From assembly GCF_009914755.1 (NCBI RefSeq), contig NC_060935.1: a stretch of 64,000 nucleotides of DNA, one strand, 5' to 3'. The position numbers were made by a program, and so were the translations under genes. Origin of the DNA: the human T2T-CHM13v2.0 reference genome, Homo sapiens. Positions within the stretch are counted from its first letter, which is position 1. Every line of letters starts with the position of its first letter. Below are positions 28,625 to 42,513 of this stretch, in pieces. The notes beneath the pieces are model-generated. The model did no database searches. It saw only the letters and a list, made by a program, of their open reading frames with translations, and was not told the origin of the DNA.

Positions 28625-29658
28625 TGATGCAGGATGTTTTCTTGATCCCTTCACAGGACTACCATCAGTGGTACCCCACTTACTCAAGTCCACCGTGTTC
28701 ATCCCCTTGCAGGAGGGAGCACACAAGCGAAGGAGTACGGGAACCAGCTGGCTGCTTTGGCGCCTGCATGAGCAAACTCTGTTTACTTGGTCATGCTGCA
28801 CCCCACCCCTCGTGGGAGGGAGTGCATAGGCAAGCAAGCTCGGGAACCAGCTGGCCACTTTTGCATTGGCAGGAGCAAACTCCATGCCGGCCCTGCAGCA
28901 GCGTCCAGGTGGTGGTACCTGCCACCCCAAGGCCCCAGAGGGTGTGTAACAATGCTCTCTCAGCTCTGCCATCCACAGACAGCAATGTGTTATCAGCTCA
29001 GTGGGCCCTTTGCCTGGTCATGTGGGGCTGCTGACCTCCACCAGTGGGGGGCAAAGGGTCAGTGTGACAGCCTTTTTTGGTACCCACACTTGGTGGGTCC
29101 TGAGTTCTTGTCCCTGCCCAATAAGAATGAGGTTGTGCAGATGAATTGAAGGATGGTGAATGCAAGGAATTTTATTGAGTGATGAAAGTGGCTCTCAGTG
29201 GAGAAGGGAGCTGGAAAGGAGACAGGAAGGGCTGGTTACTCTCCCCTGGCGTCTCTCTGCCTCTTTCCTGCAAAGTCAAGTAACCTCTCACTGATGTCCA
29301 GCCATTGCCTCTGAAGTCAAGTCGCCTCTGCCCAACGTCCAGGCACTTCTTTGAAGTCAAGTTGCATCTCCCTGTTATCTTTTCTTTCTACCAGCCACTT
29401 ATCTTTCTACCAGCAGAGTCTGGGGTCTTTATAAGCACAGGACTGGGGACAGGGTGAGTTGTAGACAGTTTTAGAAAATGCAACATTTGATTAGTAAAAA
29501 TACATTATTCAGAAAGTACCAATTGGGAGAAAGTGGGCAAACAGCAATAGAAGTTCTCACTTTGGGCTGTGGGTTTGGGGCTTTTCAGTTTGAGGGTGGG
29601 GATTCAACAAGGACCTGTTCCTGTCTGCTTAGAGATTCTCTGCCTCCTGCCTCTATCA
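28625..29658 (-). mobile_element. 3' LTR (LTR28-like)
   Basis: - strand TGATAGAGGCAGGAGGCAGAGAATCTCTAAG...CCTGCATCA, preceded by a purine tract (gtgggggaaa); TATA and AATAAA on - strand. Confidence 0.85.
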
Positions 29659-29763
29659 TTTCCCCCACTGAAGAGGCACATCTAATTGCCATTAGAATAT
29701 GGATGATGACAGATCTTAGCTGCTTTCTGCTGACAATGGGGATTGTTTAGGGGAAAAGGGCAG

Positions 29764-29946
29764 TCAGATTTTCCTCAGAGGGCTACCTAAGGGTCCCCTG
29801 CAAAAGAGAGCCACCACTTGAGGCTCTGGTTGCATGACCGTTTGGAGTTTGATGACCTCTAGGCATAAAAAAATGTTGTTAAGTATACATGGATCAAATA
29901 TGTGTATTATACAAAGAGGAGTTAAAAGGAAATAATCTAGTGCCAA
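29764..29946 (-). pseudogene. env: env TM/cytoplasmic-tail remnant
   Basis: IFDPCILN...LEVIKLQTVMQ matches the class I env C-terminal pattern LFGPCILN...EAIKLQM; lies just 5' of the PPT. Confidence 0.7.
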
Positions 29947-30239
29947 AGATTATAGAAATAAGTTAAATATACTAATCTTTCTGAAAACAACATTGTACTC
30001 TGAGCTGTTTTGCCCTAGTAGGAGAAATTAAACCTTGTATGAGAGCAGTTAAACTTTAGAAAGAGAGATAACTGCTTAGGGGAGTACATATTTCCGTGGG
30101 CATTCATGATTATAAAGGTGCCTTATGGTATAGAAAAGAATGAAGATAAGAGTAGCAAGCATAGGCAAGACTATAAAGGGAATATCTATGGAAGGTTAAT
30201 TATTGAAACTATCTTTTGTGATTTTTAGCTTGAGGTCCT

Positions 30240-33200
30240 CGATCTCTTCACATTGTTGTTTTGGGTGCTCTTCTGGGTCGACGGAGGTAACTTCATCAGC
30301 GTCACAGGCCTTTACTCAAGTATAATGAATCAAGAATCTACCACAATGACCTTTATTGCCACAGGAGTAGAAAGGAGTACAGTGTAAAGGTTCCTCCCAA
30401 TCTGGGCTTATATAGGGAGAAACGGAACAAAGTACCTTTACTAGGACCAGATCCTCTGGGTTAAATAGAGGTGGCCCTAGTTCAGGGGATTGGGCCTCTG
30501 ACAGTTGTTTGAGTTCTTGTTGGAAATTGACCAAAGAAGTTATATGTTTAATCAAATCAGAGGTTTCTTGGTCTAGCAAAAAAATCGCTGATGAAAAAGG
30601 CTGTCCATACATCATTTCAAAGGGACTCAAACCCAGCTTTAAAGAGGTGTTTCTAACATGTAGTAGGGCTATGGCAAGAAGGGTAGTCCGGGAGATGAGT
30701 CCCCAGAGACAGTTTCCTGAGGTGCCTTTTGATGACATCATTTGTCTTTTCTACTTTTCCCAAGGATTGTGATCTCCAAGCACAATGAAGATGATATTGC
30801 ATGAATAGTGCCCTTGAGACCCCCTTGGTGACAGCCACCTTGAACAAGGGGCCATTATCGCTCTGGAGGTACTTAGGGAGTCAAAAGAGAGGAAGTATCA
30901 TATTAATTAGTACTTTTATCACATCAAAGCCTTTCTCTGTCTGACATGCAAATGCTTCTATCCAGTTAGTGAAGGTATCTATCCATACTTGGAGGTACAG
31001 GATGCCCTTTGCCTTTGGCATCTGGGTGAAATCCATTTACCAGCCTTTCTGCAGGTAGCATCCTATTGTTTGGGTCCTGAGGGAAAGAAGCCATCAATTG
31101 AGGGGATTAGTTTTAAGACAAGTCTTGCAAGCATTAATGACCTGTTTAACCATTTGTATCAGGTTTTTACCTGAGAATGACCTCTGGCTAATTGATAGGT
31201 TTTATCCTTACCCAGGTGGAAGGTCTAGTGAAGGCTTTTTAAAAGCTTTCCATTGATTGGCAGCTGGTAGATGAAGCTTGTCATCCTCCAATTGTAGCCA
31301 TGCTGAGGACTGAGAGATGTATCCCCCAAGAGGTGGCCCATTCTATTTCCGCAGGAGAATATTGAGGTTTTATTTCTCTTATGGAGCCCTCCCAAATCAG
31401 AAAGTCTTCAAGTGGAACCAAAATCTGGGGCCCTCTTTCTCCTTATTTAGCTGCTTGGTCTGCCAACCTGTTTCCCTCAGCTATTTCATCCATCCTTTTT
31501 TGGTGGCCTTTACAATGTATTACTGCCACTTCCCATAGGAGGAAAACTGAGGATAATAGTCTACTAATTCCTTGATGGTATTTAATGGGAGACCCGTTAG
31601 CTATGAAGAGTTCCTGTCTTTCCAGATAGGGACATGCATATGAAAAACTAGGAAAATGTACTTAGAATCTTTATAAATGTTAACTGCTTTCCTTTTGCTT
31701 AACTCGAGTGCCCTTGTGAGGGCAATTAGCTTGGCTAGTTGAACACTTGTGCCTGAGGAGAGGGACACATTCTCAACAACATCATTTAGGGTAACTATTA
31801 CATATACTCTGCTTTATGGATCCCTTATTCTACAAAAGAACTTCCATCCATAGATAATCCAGTCTAGCTTCTCTAAAGGGGTTTCCGTGAGGTCCCCTCT
31901 GGTCACATAGGTTTCTACTACTATCTGTTTCCAATCATGTTTGAGTTCCCTACCTTCCTTGAGGAGGAAGGTGGCTGGATTTAGGGAGGGACGAATTCTT
32001 AATGGTACTGCAGATCCCTCTAATAGCAAAGCTTGATATCTGAGGAGGCGGTTGTCTGCTAACAAGAGATTCTCCCTTAGAAGACAGTAGTCCTGCCACA
32101 TTATATGGGGTGTAAACAGTTAAGCTATTCCTCATGGTTAACTTAGTAGATTCTGGTACTAGCAACGCTATCACTGTGACTGCCTGGAGGCAGGCTGGTC
32201 ATCGACTGGCTACCAAATCAAGCTCTCTACTTAGGTAGCCCACAGGCTGCTAGGCTGGACCCTGGGCCTGGGTTAGAACTCCCAGGGTCATTTCCTTCCT
32301 TTCTGACACATAAAGATTAAAAGTCTTTCTATGGGAAGATTAAGGGGGCTGGTGCCTTAAGCAAGGACAAAGACCTGTCTAGTCTCCGGTTTCCAAATTA
32401 GAGGGTGAGTTTTAGCTGCCTCAGTCTCGTTAACTAGGTGATATAAAAAAAAACAAGCCATTTCACTGTACCCAGGTATCCATAGTCTGCAGAATCCTGT
32501 AATTCCCAAGAATCCTCTCAGTTGCTTGAGGGCTTAGGGGAGGGGAAAGGAGGAGATGGGCTTAATTCTTTATTTACCTAATGCCCTGGTCCCCTCTGAC
32601 AAGACCAGACCTAGATACTTCACTGAAGTCTGACAGAGCCGAGCTTTAGATTTTGAAACCTTATTTCCTCTGTTACCCAGAAAATTAATAAGAGCCTTAC
32701 TGTCCTCCTGAGAGTTTTCCTCAGTTGGGGCACAGAGGAGAATGTCATCTATGTATTATAAAACTTTAACCTGAAGAGAAAGGAACTCAGAGAGGCCTTT
32801 TGACAATGCCTGCTCAAACAAGTCGGGGCTGTCTCAGAATCCCTGACATAACATTGTCCAGGTTAGCTGGGTAGTCTGGTTGGAGGGATCCTCAAATGAA
32901 AACAAATACTGGGAGTTGAGGTATAATGGTATGCAAAGGAAGGCATCCTTTAGGTCCAGGACTGTGAACCATTTAGTCCCCTCAGGTATTTGAGCTAGTA
33001 GAGCATATGGAGTGGGAACCACTGGGTGAACTGGAACCACAGCCTCATTAATGAAGTGGAGGTCCTGGACCAGTCTCCATTCCTTCTTGGGCTTTTATAC
33101 TCCCAATATCTGGGTATTACAAGGGCTATAGCAGGGTTTGAGGAGGCCCTTCAACCTTAAATATCGATGATGGCTTCCATTCCTTTCCTAAGTTCTGGTT

Positions 33201-33330
33201 TCAGGAGATACTGTTTCTGGTTAGGAAAGGAGGTGGGATCCTTATGATGGATCCAGACCACTATGGCAGTTGTGTGTGGCTCGGCCAATTTTCCCTCGAA
33301 TTGCCCAAATTTCTGGGTTAATATTGGTCT
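30240..33330 (-). pseudogene. pol: pol remnant (RT, RNase H, integrase) with stops and frameshifts
   Basis: WFTVLDLKDAF and LTWT..QGF (32834-33040); YIDD at 32744-32755; LLRYQALLLE; integrase-like LHCAWRSQSLGKVEKTN and LSPFEMMYGQPF. Confidence 0.9.
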
Positions 33331-33640
33331 TTACTACGGGGAGACAAAGAGTTTTTCCTGGGGCCATCAGGATGGTGGTCCCCATGTGAGCCAGAATATC
33401 CCTGCCCAACAGAGGAGTTAGGCTTTCAGGCAAAATTAGAAAGGCATGGGTGAACAAGTGGTCTCCCCAACTACAACTAAGGGACTGGGAAAAACATCAA
33501 GTTAAAGGCCTTCCTGAGACACTCCTCACTGTTGTGCTAAGAGAGGAAGGGGGCCTGGATTGGTGAGGAGAACCAAAAGACCCACTCCAGAATTTCCAGA
33601 ATTTTGATTTCCAGAATTACCTGGGGTTCTTGTATGGTAA
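33330..33640 (-). pseudogene. pro: Retroviral protease remnant
   Basis: FTHAFLILPESLTPLLGRDIL motif; catalytic region appears disrupted. Confidence 0.8.
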
Positions 33641-33699
33641 TGGTGGTCTGGACCACTGGAGCCAGTGGGGAGGAGCCCTGGAACCCATCAGTCCTGCTG

Positions 33700-35160
33700 G
33701 ACCATTTGAGAGATTGGCTCTGGACCCAGTGACCAGGGTCCCCTGGAACAGTCTGCCTTCCAGTGGTTCCCATTGCAGATTAGACAGGGTCGAGGTGGCT
33801 TCCTCATGCTGCCTGGGAAATCCTTCCTAAAGTGCCCTGGCTTGCCATATTGTAGCAGTTAACAGGGGCACTTCAGGGATTCTGGGGTTTGTGGGCTTTG
33901 TAGTAGTCATTAAAGCCTCTGCCACTTTCCTGTGTCTCCTTTCTCTCCCCTGGGCCTCCTGTCTCTGTTGTAAAAGACCAAGGTGACCACTTTCAGGAGG
34001 TTCTCTAAACTACTATCTGGTCCAGGGCCTGTTTCTATAGCTTCCTCCTGATATCAGAGGCTGTCTGCGTAATAAATTTATCCTTTAGGATTAGTTGTTC
34101 CTCTGCTGAATCAGGAGATACAGAGGTGTGCTTTACCAGGGTCCCTCTTAGCCTTTCCAGAAAGGCAGTGGGGTTCTCATCAAATCCCTGGTCTATCATA
34201 GATAGCTTGGTAAAATTGAGAGGCTTAGTTCTAGCCCCACATAAGCCCTCCATTATGCACACTGAAAGTGTTTCCTCTTCTATTCTTCCATCTCATCACT
34301 GGGAGCCTATTTAGAGCCCTCTGATGGTACCACTTCTCTTCCAGTTAAATAAAGTTTGTCCCTTTCCCTGATACTATATGACATACAAAGCTCATCCTCA
34401 AATCTCTCTGCTGTTTGCAGAGCAGCCTGCCTCTCAGTTTTAAGCAGGGTTTGATTCAAAAGTAACAACATCTTTCAGGGAGAGTTCAAATGCTAGAGTT
34501 AAATTCTAGAAAGCCTCTATATATCTGTCAGGATCATCTGAAAACTTGCCAAGACCCCCTTAATTTTTCTGAAGTCCTGTAGAGTGAAGGGGATCTGGAC
34601 CTTACCGGGGCCAAATTCAATAGGAATCTGTTGGAGGGGCAAGAGTGAGGCTGGGGCTTGTCTAGGGTGAGGAGTTCTAGAAGGGGGCAAGCAAGAGAGA
34701 GAAACTGGATAGGGAGGACATGGTGGACCCAGAGGAGCAGGGCCAGAGGGAGCTGGCTCCCCTGTTAGAGGTGCCTCTGGGGCTTGTTTCTTTAGTTCCC
34801 TGGGATTTCCCCTTGCAGCCTCTCCTGAGATGGCAAACAGGAGGGTTGGATCAATCCTACATTGGTGGAAAAGGCCTGGATTACCTGGCAAGGTAAGAAA
34901 GGCCTGCGCATATGGGGCCTCAGATCATTTGCCCTCATGTTTACAGAAAAGATCCAACTACTGGATGGTATCAAAATGAATAGCTCCTTCCAGAGGCAGA
35001 TCATAATTTCCTGCAGATCATAATTTGGCCAAACATTTGTGCAAAAGGCTATGAAGTATATTTCCTCCAGAGTCTGAGGGTCAAACAGTCCCAGTGATTC
35101 AGGATACACTCCAGAGGAGTATAAACTGAGGATGGTCAAGATGGTTGGTTGCTTGTTCTG
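33700..35160 (-). pseudogene. gag: gag remnant
   Basis: MHR QGFDENPTAFLERL and LKDKFITQTASDIRRKL (34035-34262); matrix-like TPLECILNHW near 35100; broken zinc knuckle near 33830. Confidence 0.88.
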
Positions 35161-36642
35161 AAAGAAAGAGAAATAGGCATCTCTCATTTCCTTCCGCCTT
35201 TCAGCAAAAACCCAGTGTGTGAAGAAGAGAAAAAAGGGTATCCCCCTTTTTGTCTTTCATCTTTTTATCCCCTTTTTAACCCCAAATTGCACATGGGTGC
35301 CAGTGCAACATGCATCCATGAGGCAAGGGGGCGGCTAGAGGATAGGAATTATTTGCACTCACCTACGCCTCCATTCCCCCTACTGCTGGAAACTTTTGGG
35401 TTCCCTGGGCCTCATCTATGCCATGGAGCATGGCCTTCTTACATGAAACAAGGACTTAATAGGCAGGAATTAGTCCTGCCCATCTATGCTTTGCCTTTTG
35501 CCTGCCTTTGGATCCCTTAGATCTAGTTTTCCTTTCTAGGGCTTCAACCTGAAGCTTGGAATCAAGTTGAGGACAAAAAGGTGTCTTGGGGGATACATGG
35601 ATTCGTTTAGATTAAGTCCCAGGGGGCCTTGCCACATTTTCAGTCATCAGCCAGCAGGGTCGCTCCTCCACTGCTTCCCTACCACAAGCAGAGTTCAAAG
35701 GTAGGAAAAAACTTCCCCTTGAATAGAAAAAGAAAAAACAGCTTAAGCACAAGTGGGGGACGCTGGGGGAAGAACCTCTTGCTCTACGCAAATGGATTCT
35801 TTTAATCACTCTAACCTTCCTCTGGTTTGGAAGGAGCTAGACCCCTTGGCCAGGGGAGGAAAGACTCTGTGGGCACGTGGCAGGAGGGGTTGGCAAGTGG
35901 GAAACACTGGTCAACTAACCGTGTGGGGCCCCCGAGTCTGGTCTGGGGCTCCTGCGGTGGCCATGGATCCTTGCCACCCCTCATGGCCGTTAGCTGCGCC
36001 ATGTGCATGCTGTGTACACACCCAAGCACCCAAGCTGGGAGAGGGAGCAAAGGAGAGCCGCCATGTGCTGTGCATGCCTGCAGCTGATGGAGTGGATGTT
36101 GGAGTAGCATCTCTAAGAAAAGATGGAAATTGCATTGTTCTGAATTGCATATCTGATGGCTTAGCCAAATGCTCATTCTACCGAGTAATATTCCTGCAGG
36201 TTGTAGCAATATAACCTTAACATTATAAAAGGAGAGAAAGGAGTCATTTCAAACTGTGAAAGAAGAAAGGAAAAATATCATAGAAGACTCTGGGGGTATT
36301 AGCTGACACCCTAATAGGTGGTTGGGGATTAAGCCAAGTCTAGGGTTCTTCCTGCAACACTGGGGAGTGTTGCTCAGCCAGATGCCTTCAATTGCCCCAG
36401 GACTTTATTTCAGTCCCACATGACAGCTAGACCTCTGTGAAGAAAAATGGAGCCAACATTCCTTTCACCCAAAAGAGAGAGGGGGCAGGTTCACATCCTG
36501 TCCTCCATAGCTGTGTCATTCACCCTTAAGTGACGACTCAGAGTTTCGATGTGTCATTTGCCTTCAGAGGAAAGTCTGAGGACAAGAACTTTTGGGGAAA
36601 AAAAAGCAGAGTAAGATCTGCATTTACTCACTCTTCTGATGA

Positions 36643-36660
36643 ATCCCACATGAGCCCCCA
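36643..36660 (-). promoter_or_regulatory. Primer-binding site, tRNA-Pro
   Basis: - strand TGGGGGCTCATGTGGGAT versus Pro PBS TGGGGGCTCGTCCGGGAT (15/18), 2 nt from the LTR end. Confidence 0.85.
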
Positions 36661-36662
36661 AA

Positions 36663-36853
36663 TGATGCAGGATATTTTCTTGACCCCTTCACAGGACTCG
36701 CGACAGGGTGTCCTGATTACTCAGCCTGAAGTGTTCAACTCTTCATGGGAGGGAGCGCATGAGCAAACAAGTGTGGGAACCAGCAGGCTGCTTTGGTGCC
36801 AGCAGGAGAAAACTTTGTTTACTGGAGCCCGCCATGCCCCACCCCTCATGGGA
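36663..36853 (-). mobile_element. 5' LTR remnant (terminal about 190 bp only)
   Basis: Aligns to 28625-28817 and then breaks abruptly. Confidence 0.85.
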
Positions 36854-36859
36854 GTCCTT

Positions 36860-37089
36860 TGCCTTCCAGCTGTATTCACTTAAGAACATGATTTCCTTTC
36901 TGGATATTGTTACCAATACCTTCCACTTATTCCATTAGGCCTAGAGATGGTAATCCTTTGTTACTATTTTGTCTTTGCAGTTCTCCAACACTCAAATTCT
37001 ATAGTTGACCACCTTTAAAATAAACTTTCCTCAAATAATCCAATTTCAAGTGTGCCATCTGTTTCCTATTGGAACCCTTCCTGATACAG
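36860..37089 (+). mobile_element. LTR33-like ERVL LTR 3' part
   Basis: aaactttcctcaaataatccaatttcaagtgtgccatctgtttcctattggaacccttcctgataca. Confidence 0.6.
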
Positions 37090-37251
37090 ATGGTTTCCTG
37101 GAAAAGACATCCAAAATGAAGAAAATGAGGAAAGTACAAGGTTTAATAATTGGTGTAGGAAGAGGAAAGATCATGTATGAATGCATATCAGGGGGCCAGA
37201 ATAAATGTGACTTATGTGAAAGCAAACTGAAAACTAAGATTTCTATGCAAT

Positions 37252-37966
37252 CAGTGGATAATGAATATGATTATGACAACAACAATGATAAAAGCTGTCT
37301 TGAGTTAGCAGAGGCTTTGACTAGCGCAGGGAGTGGAGAAACTAAAATCAAGTTTGGAACCAGGAAAGGAGCAAGTATTGAGTCAGCAACATTGGCAAAG
37401 GTAAGATACTAGGCTATGTATAGAAAGGTGGCCTCGCACCATGGGTGGATGTCAGTTTGTGGTACAAGGGAAACATTTCTGGGAAGGAAGTCAATATTTC
37501 AAACTGGTTTTTCATAAATATAGTCTGTGCCTGGGCTTTCTGATAAATCATGCTTTCTGCCACATTAGTCATGCACCTATTTATTGCACGTAATGGTGGT
37601 GGTGAAAGCTGAATTACTCTAAATGTGATAAAGATGATACTGGGGAGATGATGGGGTGATAGTGGTGACACAATTCAGAGTAATGGTGAAGAAAGTGCTA
37701 GTGTTGGGAACAGGAAGGTTAGTGAGGAAGACTTAAGATTGGCGTTCTATCTTAAGATGAGTGAGGTGGAACCAGGTTATAGAATCAAAGAAAGTGCTTG
37801 AGTCATTTCTGTTTCTCTATAGTTATATTAAGAGCAATGGCAAATGAAGATGATCATGACAACAACAGTGATAAAGACTCTCCTGAGTTAGCAGAGGCTG
37901 TGACTAGGGTAGGGAGTGGTGAAACTAAAATCAAATTTGGAAAGAGGAAAGGAGCAAGTATTGAGT
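37252..37966 (+). repeat. Dispersed direct duplication of about 130 bp (37252-37383 and about 37835-37966)
   Basis: atgacaacaaca.tgataaa...gagttagcagaggct...gaaactaaaatcaa.tttggaa..aggaaaggagcaagtattgagt occurs twice. Confidence 0.9.
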
Positions 37967-37977
37967 ATTATTCATAT

Positions 37978-38023
37978 TAAAAGCAATGGCAAAAACTGCA
38001 GTTACTTTTGCACCAACCTAATA
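37978..38023 (+). mobile_element. Half MADE1 (Hsmar1 mariner MITE), single ITR
   Basis: aatggcaaaaactgcagttacttttgcaccaacctaata. Confidence 0.85.
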
Positions 38024-39184
38024 AAATGATAGCAGTACAGATTGAGCACTCAGTTGAGAGAGTACAACGATGAGCCCAGTGTCACTGAACTAAGATACTG
38101 CTGAAGTGAATAAGCAAATTTGATAAAATTCCCAACACCCCATCATTTTATATGGGTCTGTAATTTCCTGCCTCTTCATTCAATAGTGATGAGACATATC
38201 ACATACTGCATTAATGCTACTGAATGTGCCCTCTTTCTTTTTGCTGATTCAGTAGCTCAGAAAACTACTTCTCTACCTATAACTTGTTCAGAGAAACTAA
38301 GCCCTCTTTAAAAGCATTGATTATAGATAAGAAATTCACCATCATATGCAAGAATAGTAAGAGTTCTAAATAGGCTTAATCTATTTAGGTTAAATAGTTT
38401 AGAGGTTGAAACATAATATTCTCCAAAAAAGAAAAATAAAATTAGAATTGATTGTCTACAATATGCCTTGGCTTGTGCTATGTGTATTAATTGTATTATT
38501 TTCATCTTTGTAGTATTTTAATTACTTTTTATCAATAGGGTAGCCATCTAAATTGGATGATGCTCATAGTATAATGGTCGTTAAATAACTTGACTGTTAA
38601 CTCAGTACATAAAAGCCCTTGAAGATAAATATCTAATATTCTTCTGATGTTATTTGAGAAGCAAAATTTAAAAATATATCCTAGTCATAGAGAGAGAAGT
38701 CAATAATTGAAGGAATCATTAGACTTCCTGGTCAGTTCAAAAAAGTTCATGTACCTCAAACGGTGGCTGAAATGCTTTCCTACTTTGATAAACATTTATT
38801 AAGTATCTACTGTGTTTCAGACAGTATACTAGGTGCGATAAAGATATGTAAACTTCAAAAAATATTAAGTCATTAAAATCTAAATCAATCATATTATTTT
38901 CAGCAATAGAATGGAGTAAATAGGCTTTGGAGACTAGCCTGGAAATGCTACTCAATATCTTGGATTTTATTACCTTCAAAACTCAGGCAGCTTTTCAAAA
39001 GCAAAGAAATGACTACGAAAATAATGTTTATTAACTGTGGCAAGTAGTTTAACTCTCATATTTTATTTTATGATCATAAGAATTGAAAGGAGGGATAGTT
39101 TAGGTCAGTGCTTCCCAAATATTTTCACACTGTGGTACATAAAAAATTATATTTATACAGTATATTTGAGAAAACCAGGAGTTC

Positions 39185-40771
<1,587 letters not shown>

Positions 40772-42165
40772 GTTCCTTAGAGACATCACTCGGAAATATA
40801 TTTTTTTTTCTTCTACTGCCTTTTACTGGCTTTGGTATCAGAGTATTACTGGTCTCATAAGATGAGTTTGGAAGTACTCCCTCATCCTCAGGTTTCTGGA
40901 AGATTTGCGAAGGATTCTTGTTACTTCTTCTTTAAATGTTCGGTAGGATTCACCAGTGAAACTCTCTGGCCCTGGACTCTTTATTGTTGGGAGGATTTTG
41001 ATTACTGATTAAATATACATACTTATTTTCCTGCTCAAATTTTCAACTTCTTCATGATTCAGTTTTAATAGATTGTATGTTTCTGGCATGTATTCAATTA
41101 TCCTAGGTTATTCAATTTGTTGGTATAGAATAGTTCAGTTTGTTCTGATCCATTTTATTTCTATGGCATTAGTTATAATGGCTTCTCTTTCACTTCTTTG
41201 CATTCTGCCTCTTTGCATTTATTTTTGATTCACATAATAATTGTAAAAACTCTTTTTCTGTCAGTTGTCTCTTCCTTGACATTATGGGCACACAAAGAAA
41301 AATCCTGAATTCTTTATAAGAGTTTGATGAAAGCTACTAATGTCCCATTATGGATCTTGTTTTACAAAATAGTCCAATGAATCTATATGGTAATTGAATT
41401 GAATTATATACAATAAATTTTATTCAATTAAAATTAAGTAAATGTTCCCTTTATTCTTAGCAATATTCATAAGGAAATACAAAAATATATGTAATGTCAT
41501 TCCTTAAAATATTTAAGAGTCAAAGCACTAAAATTAGGTACAATGAACGCTGACCGTGTAAAGAGGATTAATTTTATATTTTCCACATGGGGAAATCTGT
41601 TTCATAAGCTTTTCAAAAGCTCCAGTTTTTCTAACATTTCAAAGACAAAAGAATTCCACATTTTATCTATTTTTTTTTTTCATTTCTGCTTGCAAGCTGA
41701 TGAAGTCTTTCCTGAACTCACATCTGTCTCTTCATTCATTGTTATAAACTGCCCGGAATAATCAACAAACTGTAGCATTCTAGTTCTTTTTAAGTTCTTC
41801 TCATAGAGATATGGGTTCAGTAGGTATATAATCTACTTTCCCAGTTAATGCAGGAGGTATTATTACTAAATATTTTTCCATTGTGTGCACAAGTCTTCAA
41901 CTTTCTAGTTTTTGATACAATTTTCCTAGCTGTTTTTCAGTCAATCAACTAAGCCAGTAGCAGGTAGTTTACCTAATGTTACAGCAGCACACCCTTTAGA
42001 TAAAACTAACAGATGTAATTATTATTAATTAAATTTTCTGTTTTTGCACATAGCTTATTTTTTTGCCGATGTAGCAATTCCAAAGAGGTATTTTTCATGT
42101 GACCTTTTTCATGGTGATTGGGAACAAAGCCACTTACATTTTGTGGCTCTGCCATTGCTTAAAAA

Positions 42166-42463
42166 AGGGGTTAGAGGCCAAAACCTGTTTTTATATAACT
42201 CGTGAGCTGGGAATGAATTTTATGTTTTTTAATAGTTGAAAAAAATCAGAAGAAGAGTAATACTTTGAGAAAAATAGTACATTTTAGTGTCCATCAATAA
42301 CATTTTATTAGAATGTTAATTTGTTTACATATTGTCTAAGGTTGCTGCTTTTATTCTAAAATGAGAGTGGAGTAGTTCTGACAGAGACTGGTAACTGTTT
42401 GGTCCTCAAATCCTAAAACATTTATTACCTGGTCCTTTACAGAAAATATCTGTCATTCTCTGC
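42166..42463. mobile_element. MER58B-like hAT-Charlie MITE
   Basis: gagtagttctgacagagac...cctaaaacatttattacctggtcctttacagaaaa. Confidence 0.75.
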
Positions 42464-42478
42464 CTTTGAGATTCAAAG

Positions 42479-42480
<2 letters not shown>

Positions 42481-42509
<29 letters not shown>
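42481..42509. repeat. (GT)n microsatellite
   Basis: Perfect GT run. Confidence 0.95.

Positions 42510-42513
<4 letters not shown>

Larger units (their letters stand above)
28625..36853 (-). mobile_element. ERV1 provirus with tRNA-Pro PBS (HUERS-P group, LTR28/MER61-like LTRs): decayed gag-pro-pol, deleted env, truncated 5' LTR
   Basis: Homologous LTR ends tgatgcaggat.ttttcttga.cccttcacaggact at 28625 and 36663; PBS, PPT and ordered gag, pro, RT, RNase H and IN motifs. Confidence 0.88.

Noticed and set aside
37005-37412. 135-aa ORF sharing a peptide with 37798-37980, suggesting a repeat-domain gene
   Set aside because: Starts inside an LTR33-like fragment with a non-ATG codon; the shared peptide is explained by the DNA duplication.
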